From Nitrospinae bacterium RIFCSPLOWO2_12_39_16 (lineage in GTDB: Bacteria > Nitrospinota > Nitrospinia > UBA9942): a stretch of DNA of 39,636 bases. Positions 1 to 7,746 of this stretch are shown in pieces (position 1 is the stretch's first letter; the number at the start of each line of letters is the position of its first letter). Position numbers and translations under genes: made by a program. The notes beneath the pieces are model-generated. The model had not been told where the DNA came from, searched no databases, and was given only the letters and a program-made list of their open reading frames with translations. The stretch spans positions 1 through 39,636 of the forward strand of contig MHDO01000152.1 of NCBI GenBank assembly GCA_001805005.1, read 5' to 3'.

Positions 1-620
1 TTTAATGCGCGTTCTGCCTCTAATTCCGGACCGGGTTGACGATATTGTTTCCCTTCCGACGTGCCATTGAAATGTGCTTCAGTGTCAAGAAAATCCGCAT
101 CAACAAGACAAGAAAATACCATGCGAATATCCAGCATCGTGCTAACAGTGCTGTTTAATTCGTTGCCTAATAGCGTGTTTTTAATACTTGGGGTTATTCC
201 ATCAGTGAGCAGTCGGGATTTTATGACATCAAGATTTGTTTCACTTAACCGCAACTGTAGTGGATGATTCATTTCAAGTTGTTTCGGGTTGATACCACTT
301 AGATGATTTTTGCTGAGATGCTGCAAACCGATGTGATGTCCTTCTATAGCTAATGCGGCTGCTATTGCTTTATATTCACTTATCGCCGACCATGCGCCAA
401 AAGACCAATGATCAATTCCTTTTTCTTCACCTTTAAGCCTTGCCTGAAACAAATCGCCATATTTGCCGAGATCATGAAGAAGTCCAGCCAAAACTGCCTC
501 ATCTGCCAAAGGCGTATCTGCAAGTAATTCACCTGCCAACTTGCTGACTGAGGATAGATGATCAGATAGGTGATGCTTAATACCTGCTTTATTACGGCTA
601 TGCGCATATAAATCAGTCAT
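1..620 (-). CDS. cas3: CRISPR-associated Cas3 (HD nuclease N-terminus; type I-C-like), 5' part, runs off the left edge of the window
   Basis: Hand translation from ATG at 620: MTDLYAHSRNKAGIKHHLSDHLSSV...AGLLHDLGKYGDLFQARL...GIDHWSFGA...IEGHHIGL...RMVFSCLVDADFLDTE. Contains the Cas3 HD motifs (AHS, H..HL, HDLGK, DH, HH, S.LVDAD.LDT). No stop in the window, so the ORF track misses it. Confidence 0.93.
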   Translation of the reverse strand, partial: MTDLYAHSRNKAGIKHHLSDHLSSVSKLAGELLADTPLADEAVLAGLLHDLGKYGDLFQARLKGEEKGIDHWSFGAWSAISEYKAIAAALAIEGHHIGLQHLSKNHLSGINPKQLEMNHPLQLRLSETNLDVIKSRLLTDGITPSIKNTLLGNELNSTVSTMLDIRMVFSCLVDADFLDTEAHFNGTSEGKQYRQPGPELEAERAL

Positions 621-792
621 TCAGAATCCCCCCCAATTGCCCCATCCCCGCCAGCCTTCCCCATTCCCCGCACCCGAATTCCGCGGCAAAAGACCCAGCC
701 AGTTCAGCAGTCCCCTTTAGATGCTCCTCAAGAGTATGCCATTTGTCTAATGGCTTTCCTTTAACGCTATGTGCGTAAAATTTTTGCAACAT
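613..792 (-). pseudogene. Truncated second cas3 HD N-terminus (59 aa relic)
   Basis: MLQKFYAHSVKGKPLDKWHTLEEHLKGTAELAGSFAAEFGCGEWGRLAGMGQLGGILND*. Typical Cas3 start that decays exactly where HDLGK is expected; its stop overlaps the start of the intact cas3. Confidence 0.85.
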
Positions 793-850
793 TTTTCAAA
801 AAATATTTAATAGAATGTTATTTTTATAAGATAGGCGGTCTGATTACAGG

Positions 851-1231
851 CTACAGGCTTCCAAGAAGCCTCTTGATTTCAGCTAAAAAAGCTTTTCCCT
901 CTTCAATTTTCAGCGATGCAGTTGGCTCAACGATTTCTTCCTGAATATCATAATCAGCTATCTCGCGTATCTTCCTTGCATCTATAAGCATCCTGTGGTA
1001 TTTTGAATTAATTTTTCCGGGCTTTGCAAAGTAATATCCAAATGCTGATTCAACGGCTGAATGCTTGATAACATCAATCCCTTCTGATTTCAAAAGCGCC
1101 TGCGCTGCATAATACATTGAATAATAGATTTTGCTTGCGGCATCTGACGGATAGCTGTCATCCATCAGTTTCTCCGCCACTTCAAGCGCATGTTCAGCCT
1201 TTTCAATCAGTTTTTTTACTTCCTCGGTCAT
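851..1231 (-). CDS. HEPN domain protein (toxin of an MNT-HEPN pair)
   Basis: 126 aa, helical, YYSMYYAAQALL...KHSAV...REIADY (R-X4-Y HEPN motif); 4-bp overlap with the upstream nucleotidyltransferase. Confidence 0.88.
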   Translation of the reverse strand: MTEEVKKLIEKAEHALEVAEKLMDDSYPSDAASKIYYSMYYAAQALLKSEGIDVIKHSAVESAFGYYFAKPGKINSKYHRMLIDARKIREIADYDIQEEIVEPTASLKIEEGKAFLAEIKRLLGSL

Positions 1232-1557
1232 GCTGAAATCCCCTCTTTTTCAACATGCCTATAAAAGGAAAAACCCCTTTTAAGGGCGTTGTAAAAGTGA
1301 GATTCAGAGAATACCTTGAGGGATATGATAGGCTTAAAATCATGATCCCACATAACCTGATACACTATATCTTCAAGATGTTTTTCAATTTCAGGGGTTT
1401 TTTCATCTACTAATGCAATAGCATCAAGGTCTGAATCCTCTGCTGCTTCACCTCTCACCCTTGAACCAAAAACTATGAGACGCTTCACATGGTCTGCTAA
1501 ATCCGATGTGAGTCTTCTTTTAATTTCGAATATCAAATCCCTGTCTCTATCATCCAT
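1228..1557 (-). CDS. Minimal nucleotidyltransferase (MNT antitoxin)
   Basis: 109 aa with FGSRVRGEAAEDSDLD (GS-X10-DXD); RBS AGGAGGAG upstream. Confidence 0.9.
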   Translation of the reverse strand: MDDRDRDLIFEIKRRLTSDLADHVKRLIVFGSRVRGEAAEDSDLDAIALVDEKTPEIEKHLEDIVYQVMWDHDFKPIISLKVFSESHFYNALKRGFSFYRHVEKEGISA

Positions 1558-1702
1558 AACATCTCCTCCTTATCTGCAGAATACTGACATTCAGCCCCAA
1601 AAACAGTTTAGCCTTAAAATAATCTCAAGGCAAGGTCATTTTTCGTCCTTATTTTTTTACCAAAATTTTAGGCGCATGGAACACCTTATATAGATAAGAA
1701 AT

Positions 1703-1756
1703 ATACTTTCCCAAATCATACCTCAACCTCGCCAGATATACCCACTCCCCGCATCC
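1703..1756 (-). pseudogene. Degenerate cas3 HD fragment
   Basis: Translates GCGEWVYLARLRYDLGKY, matching GCGEWGRLAG of the 613-792 relic plus the LAGLLHDLGKY motif of the intact cas3. Confidence 0.7.
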
Positions 1757-1924
1757 GATAATCCCCCATCAAGTTCTCTCCAATAAAAAACACAAGCTTC
1801 CCTATGACAAAACAGATGGTTAAATCTACACCTCCCAGTAAAAACTGTCAATTCTTTCTTATGTCCATTTTTCCAATTGACATAGTTACTATTATAGTCT
1901 ATATTATAGCGAAAGGAGGGCGGC

Positions 1925-2200
1925 ATGAAAACTTTAACGGCACTTGATTTAAGGAAAAAACTCGGCTCTGTTCTTGACGATGTATCAATGAAAGGCGAGG
2001 AGGTAATCATATCAAGGGCAAATAAGCCCCTTGCCGTAATAATCTCCATAGAAGAATATGAGGAAAAAGTCCAGAAAAAACACAGGGAGAAAAAACTCGT
2101 TGATGTAGCGGCAGAAATGGACAGATGGAAAAAGAAGCATCTTAAAGAAACCAGGATAGATACTGTAAAAGCCATCAGGAAAATCAGAGAGGGCAGATGA
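1925..2200 (+). CDS. Phd/YefM family antitoxin
   Basis: MKTLTALDLRKKLGSVLDDV...EVIISRANKPLAVIISIEEYE; RBS AGGAGG; overlaps the PIN gene. Confidence 0.88.
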   Translation: MKTLTALDLRKKLGSVLDDVSMKGEEVIISRANKPLAVIISIEEYEEKVQKKHREKKLVDVAAEMDRWKKKHLKETRIDTVKAIRKIREGR

Positions 2201-2601
2201 TAGTCCTTGATGCCTCCGTTGTCCTTAAGTGGATATTTGGAGATGAAGACAGGGAAGAAAAGGCAAGGCTTTTCAGGGAAAACCACACTTCAGGCAAAGA
2301 TACCATAGCTGTCCATAATCTCTTTTTCTATGAGATAGCAAATGTCTTTTCAACTAAAACAAGGCTGAGTTATAATGACGCTTCCGATGCCTTTTCCCTT
2401 ATATGGGATTTTGATTTTGATGTCTTTGGTTTCGGACAAAATGAATATCTTAGCTCAATATACCTTTCAAAGCGTTATGGCATAACCCTCTATGATGCAT
2501 CTTATATAGAACTTGCACAGAGATTGAAATGCAGATTCATTACTGCCGACAGAAAACTCTATGAAAAGGTAAAGGGGATAAGTGGAATTGAACTTCTGTA
2601 A
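2197..2601 (+). CDS. vapC: VapC/PIN domain toxin
   Basis: IVLDASVVLKW...YEIAN...TLYDASYIELA...FITADRKL: acidic PIN catalytic residues. Confidence 0.9.
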   Translation: MIVLDASVVLKWIFGDEDREEKARLFRENHTSGKDTIAVHNLFFYEIANVFSTKTRLSYNDASDAFSLIWDFDFDVFGFGQNEYLSSIYLSKRYGITLYDASYIELAQRLKCRFITADRKLYEKVKGISGIELL

Positions 2602-2709
2602 TATACCCCAATCATGCCACACAACTTCAACCCTAAATTCAATCCGATTTTACCCAACTTAAGCCAACTTGCTTAATAATGAATCATTTGATACAATTCA
2701 AAAAATCCA

Positions 2710-3582
2710 ATGAAATATCTATTTAAAATCACAACATTCCTCTTTTTATCAATCTTCTACCTTGCAGATTCAGTTTACCCCCACACCTATTTCCAACGGT
2801 TACCGATGCCCATTCGAAACGACTCAACTTCCGCAGGAATAGGTGTGGGGGTTGACCTGCCGGAGGAATCTCTCTATTACGATATTAGTTTTTTGTGGTT
2901 TAAAAAGGCTGCTGAAGGAAAAATAACATTTAAGAAAAATAATAATGATAGTAATTATACTGCTGTATTAGAGGCGGAGACACTTGGGTTTATAGGCTTC
3001 ATCACAAGTTATCGCAAATATTTATACATCTCACATCTCAGATATGATGAGAATCTTAATAGATTAATATCCACAAAATTTGAAAGGATTGAGATTGTAG
3101 GAAATAAGATATGGCAGTCTGCCACTCTTATAGACTATGAAAGCAATAAGATAAACTGGAAGTCTTCTTTCATGCAAAAACTCTTAAAGGAGACTGTTGA
3201 AGAGATACCTTCTGATACAATCTATGATGATATTCTTTCTGCACTATTTAATTTCAGATTTGGATTCCTCGGGAATATTGAGAAAGGAAAAGATTATATT
3301 GTTAAAGGAATTCCTGATAAGGGGATTGTGAACTATTCCATTCATGTGTCCTCACATGGAGAGGAGATTCCTGTAAGGAAAAGATTGGGTATAGAAAAAG
3401 AGGACGGTTATATGCTTCTGGTAAAAATCCCCAGAGCGATATTCAAATCAAAAGGGATTGTCTGGATATGGTTTACCAAAGACCTGCTTCCTATAACAGC
3501 AACAGTTGAAGATGCTGTTATATTCGGCGATATAACAGGCGTATTAAATAACAATAGGCAACCCAATCTCTCATTACTATAA
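2710..3582 (+). CDS. Exported DUF3108-like beta-rich protein
   Basis: Signal peptide; E.L.YDISFLWFKKAAEG, LEAETLGFIG, DILSALFNFR and C-terminal IWF...P....VEDA..FGD.G.L resemble the DUF3108 family (from memory). Confidence 0.6.
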   Translation: MKYLFKITTFLFLSIFYLADSVYPHTYFQRLPMPIRNDSTSAGIGVGVDLPEESLYYDISFLWFKKAAEGKITFKKNNNDSNYTAVLEAETLGFIGFITSYRKYLYISHLRYDENLNRLISTKFERIEIVGNKIWQSATLIDYESNKINWKSSFMQKLLKETVEEIPSDTIYDDILSALFNFRFGFLGNIEKGKDYIVKGIPDKGIVNYSIHVSSHGEEIPVRKRLGIEKEDGYMLLVKIPRAIFKSKGIVWIWFTKDLLPITATVEDAVIFGDITGVLNNNRQPNLSLL

Positions 3583-3596
3583 TTATTGGAGGATAT

Positions 3597-4367
3597 ATGG
3601 GATTAATGGATGGTAAAAAGGGTATTGTATTTGGTGTGGCAAATGAGAGGAGTATTGCATGGGCATGTGCCAAACAATTGGCAGATGCAGGGGCTGAGGT
3701 TGCATTTACATATCAAAATGAAATCTTAGAAAAAAGGGTAAGACCATTGGCAGAGAGTGTTGGTGCAAAAATTATTGAGCCGTGTGATGTAAGCAAAAAT
3801 GAGCAGGTTGAGTCAGTTTTTAAAAAAATCAGCGATAGTTTTCAGGGGCTTGATTTCATGATACATTCCCTTGCATTTGCAAATAAAGATGAACTTTCAG
3901 GGAGATATATTAATACAAGCAGAGAAGGGTTTTTACTGGCAATGGATGTGAGTGTCTATTCCCTCACTCTATTGTGCAGGCATGCCGAACCTCTTATGAA
4001 TGGAAGAAATGGGAGCATTGTTACATTGACATATTATGGGGCAGAAAAGGTAATACCAAATTATAATGTTATGGGGGTGGCAAAGGCAGGGCTTGAGGCG
4101 AGTGTCCGCTATCTGTCATCCGATATGGGACAGAATGGCATCAGGGTAAATGCAATATCTGCAGGACCAATAAAGACACTTGCCGCATCAGGTATTGCAG
4201 GGCTTAGAACTATGCTGGAACATTGCGGTGAAAAATCACCATTAAAAAGGAATATTACAGCCGAAGAAGTTGGTAAGACAGCACTCTATCTATGCAGTGA
4301 CCTCTCAAGTGGTGTAACTGGCGAGATTATATATGTTGATGCAGGATATAATATAATCGGCATGTAA
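3597..4367 (+). CDS. fabI: Enoyl-ACP reductase
   Basis: GVANERSIAW, YNVMGVAKAGLE (Y-X6-K), VNAISAGPIKTLAASGI, VTGEIIYVDAG. Confidence 0.96.
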   Translation: MGLMDGKKGIVFGVANERSIAWACAKQLADAGAEVAFTYQNEILEKRVRPLAESVGAKIIEPCDVSKNEQVESVFKKISDSFQGLDFMIHSLAFANKDELSGRYINTSREGFLLAMDVSVYSLTLLCRHAEPLMNGRNGSIVTLTYYGAEKVIPNYNVMGVAKAGLEASVRYLSSDMGQNGIRVNAISAGPIKTLAASGIAGLRTMLEHCGEKSPLKRNITAEEVGKTALYLCSDLSSGVTGEIIYVDAGYNIIGM

Positions 4368-4379
4368 CCCCACACACAC

Positions 4380-5378
4380 CTATCCCATGTGATGCCCTGC
4401 TGATGTAATCATTCCATTTATTATAAGTCCAATCATTATCAGGAATATTATAATAAATACTGCAATCGCTGTCTTTCTTTCCCCGAGCTTTATTGAACTG
4501 TTTCTGTCAAAAAAAGGTAAAAGGATTAGTGGTGTAAATATTATAAAAGGGGCAAATATCAGAGAATATACCCAGATATTTTCTAATGAATATAGCCACA
4601 GGAACATCCATGGCGGTTTTGTAACCTCAATCCCTTCTACTGGCTCCCCCCCAAGCGAAGGCTCTATTATAAGGGCAAAGATAGAAATAATTAAAAGTGT
4701 AAATAGTCCATATTTTATCAACTGCCTTATATGGGAAGTAAAATCTACCATTCTTTCTTCTCCTCCTGACGGCAGCGGAGAAATTCTATGTATTTTTATA
4801 AGAAAAACATGGACTGATAACAAGAAGATAGTAAGAATTGGCAGAATTGAGATGTGAAGTGTATAAAACCTCCCCAATATATTGACTCTTGAAAATTCTG
4901 AAGAAAATATATTTCCAATAGCTCCAAGTTTTTCCATCGCCCACAGATGATGATGTAGTGCCTCATAACCCTCCTGGTCCCACTTTAAGACAGTCCCGGT
5001 AAATATAAATCCTCCTGCTAATGAAAGAAGTAATACACCGCTAAGCCAGGTAAATTCCCTCGGTTTTTTATATGATGCGGTTAAAAATACTCTGATTAGA
5101 TGCAGCGATACTGTTACAGTAATTATCTGAACTGCCCAATAGTGTATCCCTCTTATAAACCACCCAAGATATACTTCATCCTTTATATATGAGATACTCT
5201 TATTGGCATCTGAGACAGCAGGATTATAGAATTGAGTAAGAATAAAACCACTTATAAATAGAATAACAAGAGATATTAGTGTAATGCCTCCAAGTGTATA
5301 GGGTATTTTGTTGGCATGGGAAGGAATTTGATAGTGAAAAGAATTTATTCCTAATGACTCTTTAAATTTATCAACCAT
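4380..5378 (-). CDS. Cytochrome b (bc-complex QcrB/PetB-like), membrane quinol/quinone oxidoreductase subunit
   Basis: LGGITL, GWFIRGIHYW...SLHLIRVF...YKKPREFTWLSG, RFYTLHI...SVHV give four heme-b His ligands; PEWY-equivalent reads KPPWMF. Confidence 0.9.
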   Translation of the reverse strand: MVDKFKESLGINSFHYQIPSHANKIPYTLGGITLISLVILFISGFILTQFYNPAVSDANKSISYIKDEVYLGWFIRGIHYWAVQIITVTVSLHLIRVFLTASYKKPREFTWLSGVLLLSLAGGFIFTGTVLKWDQEGYEALHHHLWAMEKLGAIGNIFSSEFSRVNILGRFYTLHISILPILTIFLLSVHVFLIKIHRISPLPSGGEERMVDFTSHIRQLIKYGLFTLLIISIFALIIEPSLGGEPVEGIEVTKPPWMFLWLYSLENIWVYSLIFAPFIIFTPLILLPFFDRNSSIKLGERKTAIAVFIIIFLIMIGLIINGMITSAGHHMG

Positions 5379-5709
5379 CTCTATCCCTCTCTCTCCAATA
5401 AAATGAAACTAACCCCCAAACAACTGCATTAAATCCTGCAAAAACAACTGCAACATTATAACCCTGCTTCTCGCCAATCTGGATTGCATTAAACGAGCCT
5501 GTCTTTACTATTTTTGTGTGCCCATGTCCCTCATGTGAAACAGGAGGTAATGCAACTGCCTTCTCCTCTATGCCTTTGTCCTTTGGTTCTGCAACAGTTT
5601 CAGTACTCTTATCCACATGTTTTTCCTTTCCATGCGGATAGGCATCTTCTGCCCATATACATGCCATACAAAAAACTAACATCATTAGAAGTATTTTATA
5701 ACTCTTCAT
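5371..5709 (-). CDS. Small His-rich exported protein with C-terminal membrane anchor
   Basis: Signal peptide, HGKEKH and HEGHGH, C-terminal hydrophobic helix; overlaps the cytochrome b start. Confidence 0.65.
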   Translation of the reverse strand: MKSYKILLMMLVFCMACIWAEDAYPHGKEKHVDKSTETVAEPKDKGIEEKAVALPPVSHEGHGHTKIVKTGSFNAIQIGEKQGYNVAVVFAGFNAVVWGLVSFYWRERDRDG

Positions 5710-5721
5710 ATATCATCTTTC

Positions 5722-7746
5722 CTATTTTGAGTCAGGATGGCATTCTATACATCTGTTATCTTCAAAAGGTTTATGAAGAATTGTATGAAGAAGATTCTTG
5801 TTTTTAGAGAAATGAGACTCGTGACAGGAGGTACAATTCCCCTCCTTTAAAGGAATATTTCCGTGCCGCTGTATAAAACCTTTATCTGTTTTTTCATGAC
5901 AATTTGAGCATAGTGTCAGGTTATCAGACAGCAGCAGATTTTCCTCTTTTGCATAGTGGGGATGGTGGCATTTCAGACACTCGCCTTCATCAACTGGCTT
6001 ATGAATAAAACTGCCAGGGGTCGCCAGTTTATCAGCAATATCTTTATGACAGGAGAGACAGAGGACTTTCACAGACCTCTTTAAATAGCCCTTTATCTTG
6101 CCTCCATGAGAATTATGACATACCATACATTTACCCTCTGATAAAGGGATATGGGTATGTTTCATGGCGGCAAGCCCTACCTTTGTATCTTTATGACAGC
6201 CATAACAGAGTTCCGGTTCGTCATCTATCAATTGGTTATTTCTATTGCTGGCATGCGAGTCATGGCAGCTATAGCAATTCCCATCTTTATATGGACCATG
6301 CACAGCATCCTTTCCCCATTCCTTTTCCATATTGGTATGGCAGTTAAAACAAAGGTCCTCCTTTTTTTGCGTCAGCATCCCGTCTATATTAGAGCCATGA
6401 GGTTTATGACACTTTGCACAATCCCCATTTTTTAGCGGAGTATGGGTGCTAAATTTCTCAGATTTTTTCTTTATTTCATTATGGCACATATAGCAGATAT
6501 TCCCTTTCTCTGCAATAAGGCTATTTTCAAAGTCCGAGGCATGAGGGGAGTGGCATGCAATACATTTTCCTTCAGCAACAGGAGTGTGCGAAACCGTATT
6601 TTTAAAATTATCTTCTTTGTGACATTTGTAGCAAAGCATTCCGCCTGCATATTTCAGCCCCTTCTCTTGTTCGGAGGCATGGGGGTCGTGACAATCGGAA
6701 CAATTGTTTTTAGTCAAAGCCGTATGAATATATTTTTTCTTATGTTCTTTTTTTTGTTTTTCATGACAGCTATAGCATAGTTCTTTTTCAGGGCTTCTCA
6801 ATCCATTCTTATAATCTGATGCATGCGGACTATGACAAGACAGACATCTGCCATCTTTGACTGGGGCGTGGATATGTGCTTTTTGAAAGGACTCTTTCTT
6901 ATCAGAATGACATTTATAACATAGGGCATCTCCTTCTATCTTCATCCCCAGAGGTAATTTTGAGTCTGAGGGATTATGACAGGAACCGCAATCTAATTCG
7001 GCAAACGGCTTGTGAATATTCTCTCTTAACAGCTTTTCATTTGACGAAGAATGTGATGCATGGCAACTTGTACAATCACTATCTTCAAAAGGGTAATCCT
7101 TATGGGCTGCTTTTAACTCTATATTCACCTTGTGACAGTCCAGACATAATTGTCTAACAGGCATGGTGAGCCCGTGGGGACTATCCGATGAGTGAGGGTC
7201 ATGACACTTTATACATCCCTCTTCCTGGGGTTTATGAATCTTTTTTTTCTGATAATCCTCTTTACTGTGACAGTTAAAACAAAGGTCATTCCCAGCTATG
7301 CGTAATAATTTCTTTGTCTTTGATGAGTGTGGACTATGGCAGATTAAACAGTCTTTCTTTTTTAACGGGTCGTGCAGGTTTTTCTTTTCAAGCCTGACTT
7401 TATCTTTTTCATGGCAGTTATAACACAGGGCAGACCCTTGATTTTTTAAATAAAGTGCACCTATGGCACCATGAGGGATGTGGCACCCTTCACAAAGCTT
7501 CTGCGTTACAGGAATATGCTGACTCTCATCGCTGGAAAATTTCTTGTATTCTTTCTGATGGCAGTCAACACATGTCCTCCTTACAATGGCCACCTTTGGA
7601 GGTATGCAACTGTAAGACGCAAGGAGCAGGAGACAAGAAGCAAGAAGCAAGAAGCCAGACTTTTTGCTTCTTGTATCTTGTTTCTTACATCTTGTTTCTT
7701 GCATCTTGTTTCTTACCTCTTGTTTCTTACTTCTTGCCTCTTGCAT
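5722..7746 (-). CDS. 26-heme cytochrome c lipoprotein (paired CXXCH repeats)
   Basis: 26 CxxCH motifs counted by hand in a repeating H-x-P...CxxCH-x-PH...LCxxCH unit; lipobox-like ASYSC. Confidence 0.93.
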   Translation of the reverse strand: MQEARSKKQEVRNKMQETRCKKQDTRSKKSGFLLLASCLLLLASYSCIPPKVAIVRRTCVDCHQKEYKKFSSDESQHIPVTQKLCEGCHIPHGAIGALYLKNQGSALCYNCHEKDKVRLEKKNLHDPLKKKDCLICHSPHSSKTKKLLRIAGNDLCFNCHSKEDYQKKKIHKPQEEGCIKCHDPHSSDSPHGLTMPVRQLCLDCHKVNIELKAAHKDYPFEDSDCTSCHASHSSSNEKLLRENIHKPFAELDCGSCHNPSDSKLPLGMKIEGDALCYKCHSDKKESFQKAHIHAPVKDGRCLSCHSPHASDYKNGLRSPEKELCYSCHEKQKKEHKKKYIHTALTKNNCSDCHDPHASEQEKGLKYAGGMLCYKCHKEDNFKNTVSHTPVAEGKCIACHSPHASDFENSLIAEKGNICYMCHNEIKKKSEKFSTHTPLKNGDCAKCHKPHGSNIDGMLTQKKEDLCFNCHTNMEKEWGKDAVHGPYKDGNCYSCHDSHASNRNNQLIDDEPELCYGCHKDTKVGLAAMKHTHIPLSEGKCMVCHNSHGGKIKGYLKRSVKVLCLSCHKDIADKLATPGSFIHKPVDEGECLKCHHPHYAKEENLLLSDNLTLCSNCHEKTDKGFIQRHGNIPLKEGNCTSCHESHFSKNKNLLHTILHKPFEDNRCIECHPDSK
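7613..7746. repeat. Inverted heptamer tandem repeat forming the signal peptide of the 26-heme cytochrome
   Basis: Minus strand: ATG, 12 x YAAGARR-like heptamers, a short spacer, then about 6 x CTTCTTG-like (reverse complement). Confidence 0.9.

Noticed and set aside
61-607. ORFs 61-267 (+) and 380-607 (-)
   Set aside because: Antisense and alternate-frame shadows of cas3.
1723-2286. 187-aa minus-strand ORF
   Set aside because: Antisense to the well-supported Phd/VapC pair.
3597-4367. fabI as part of the cytochrome or defence locus
   Set aside because: Ordinary housekeeping gene, convergent with the locus; no evidence of a functional link.
5371-5709. Rieske protein upstream of cytochrome b
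   Set aside because: No CxHxGC or CxCH motifs.
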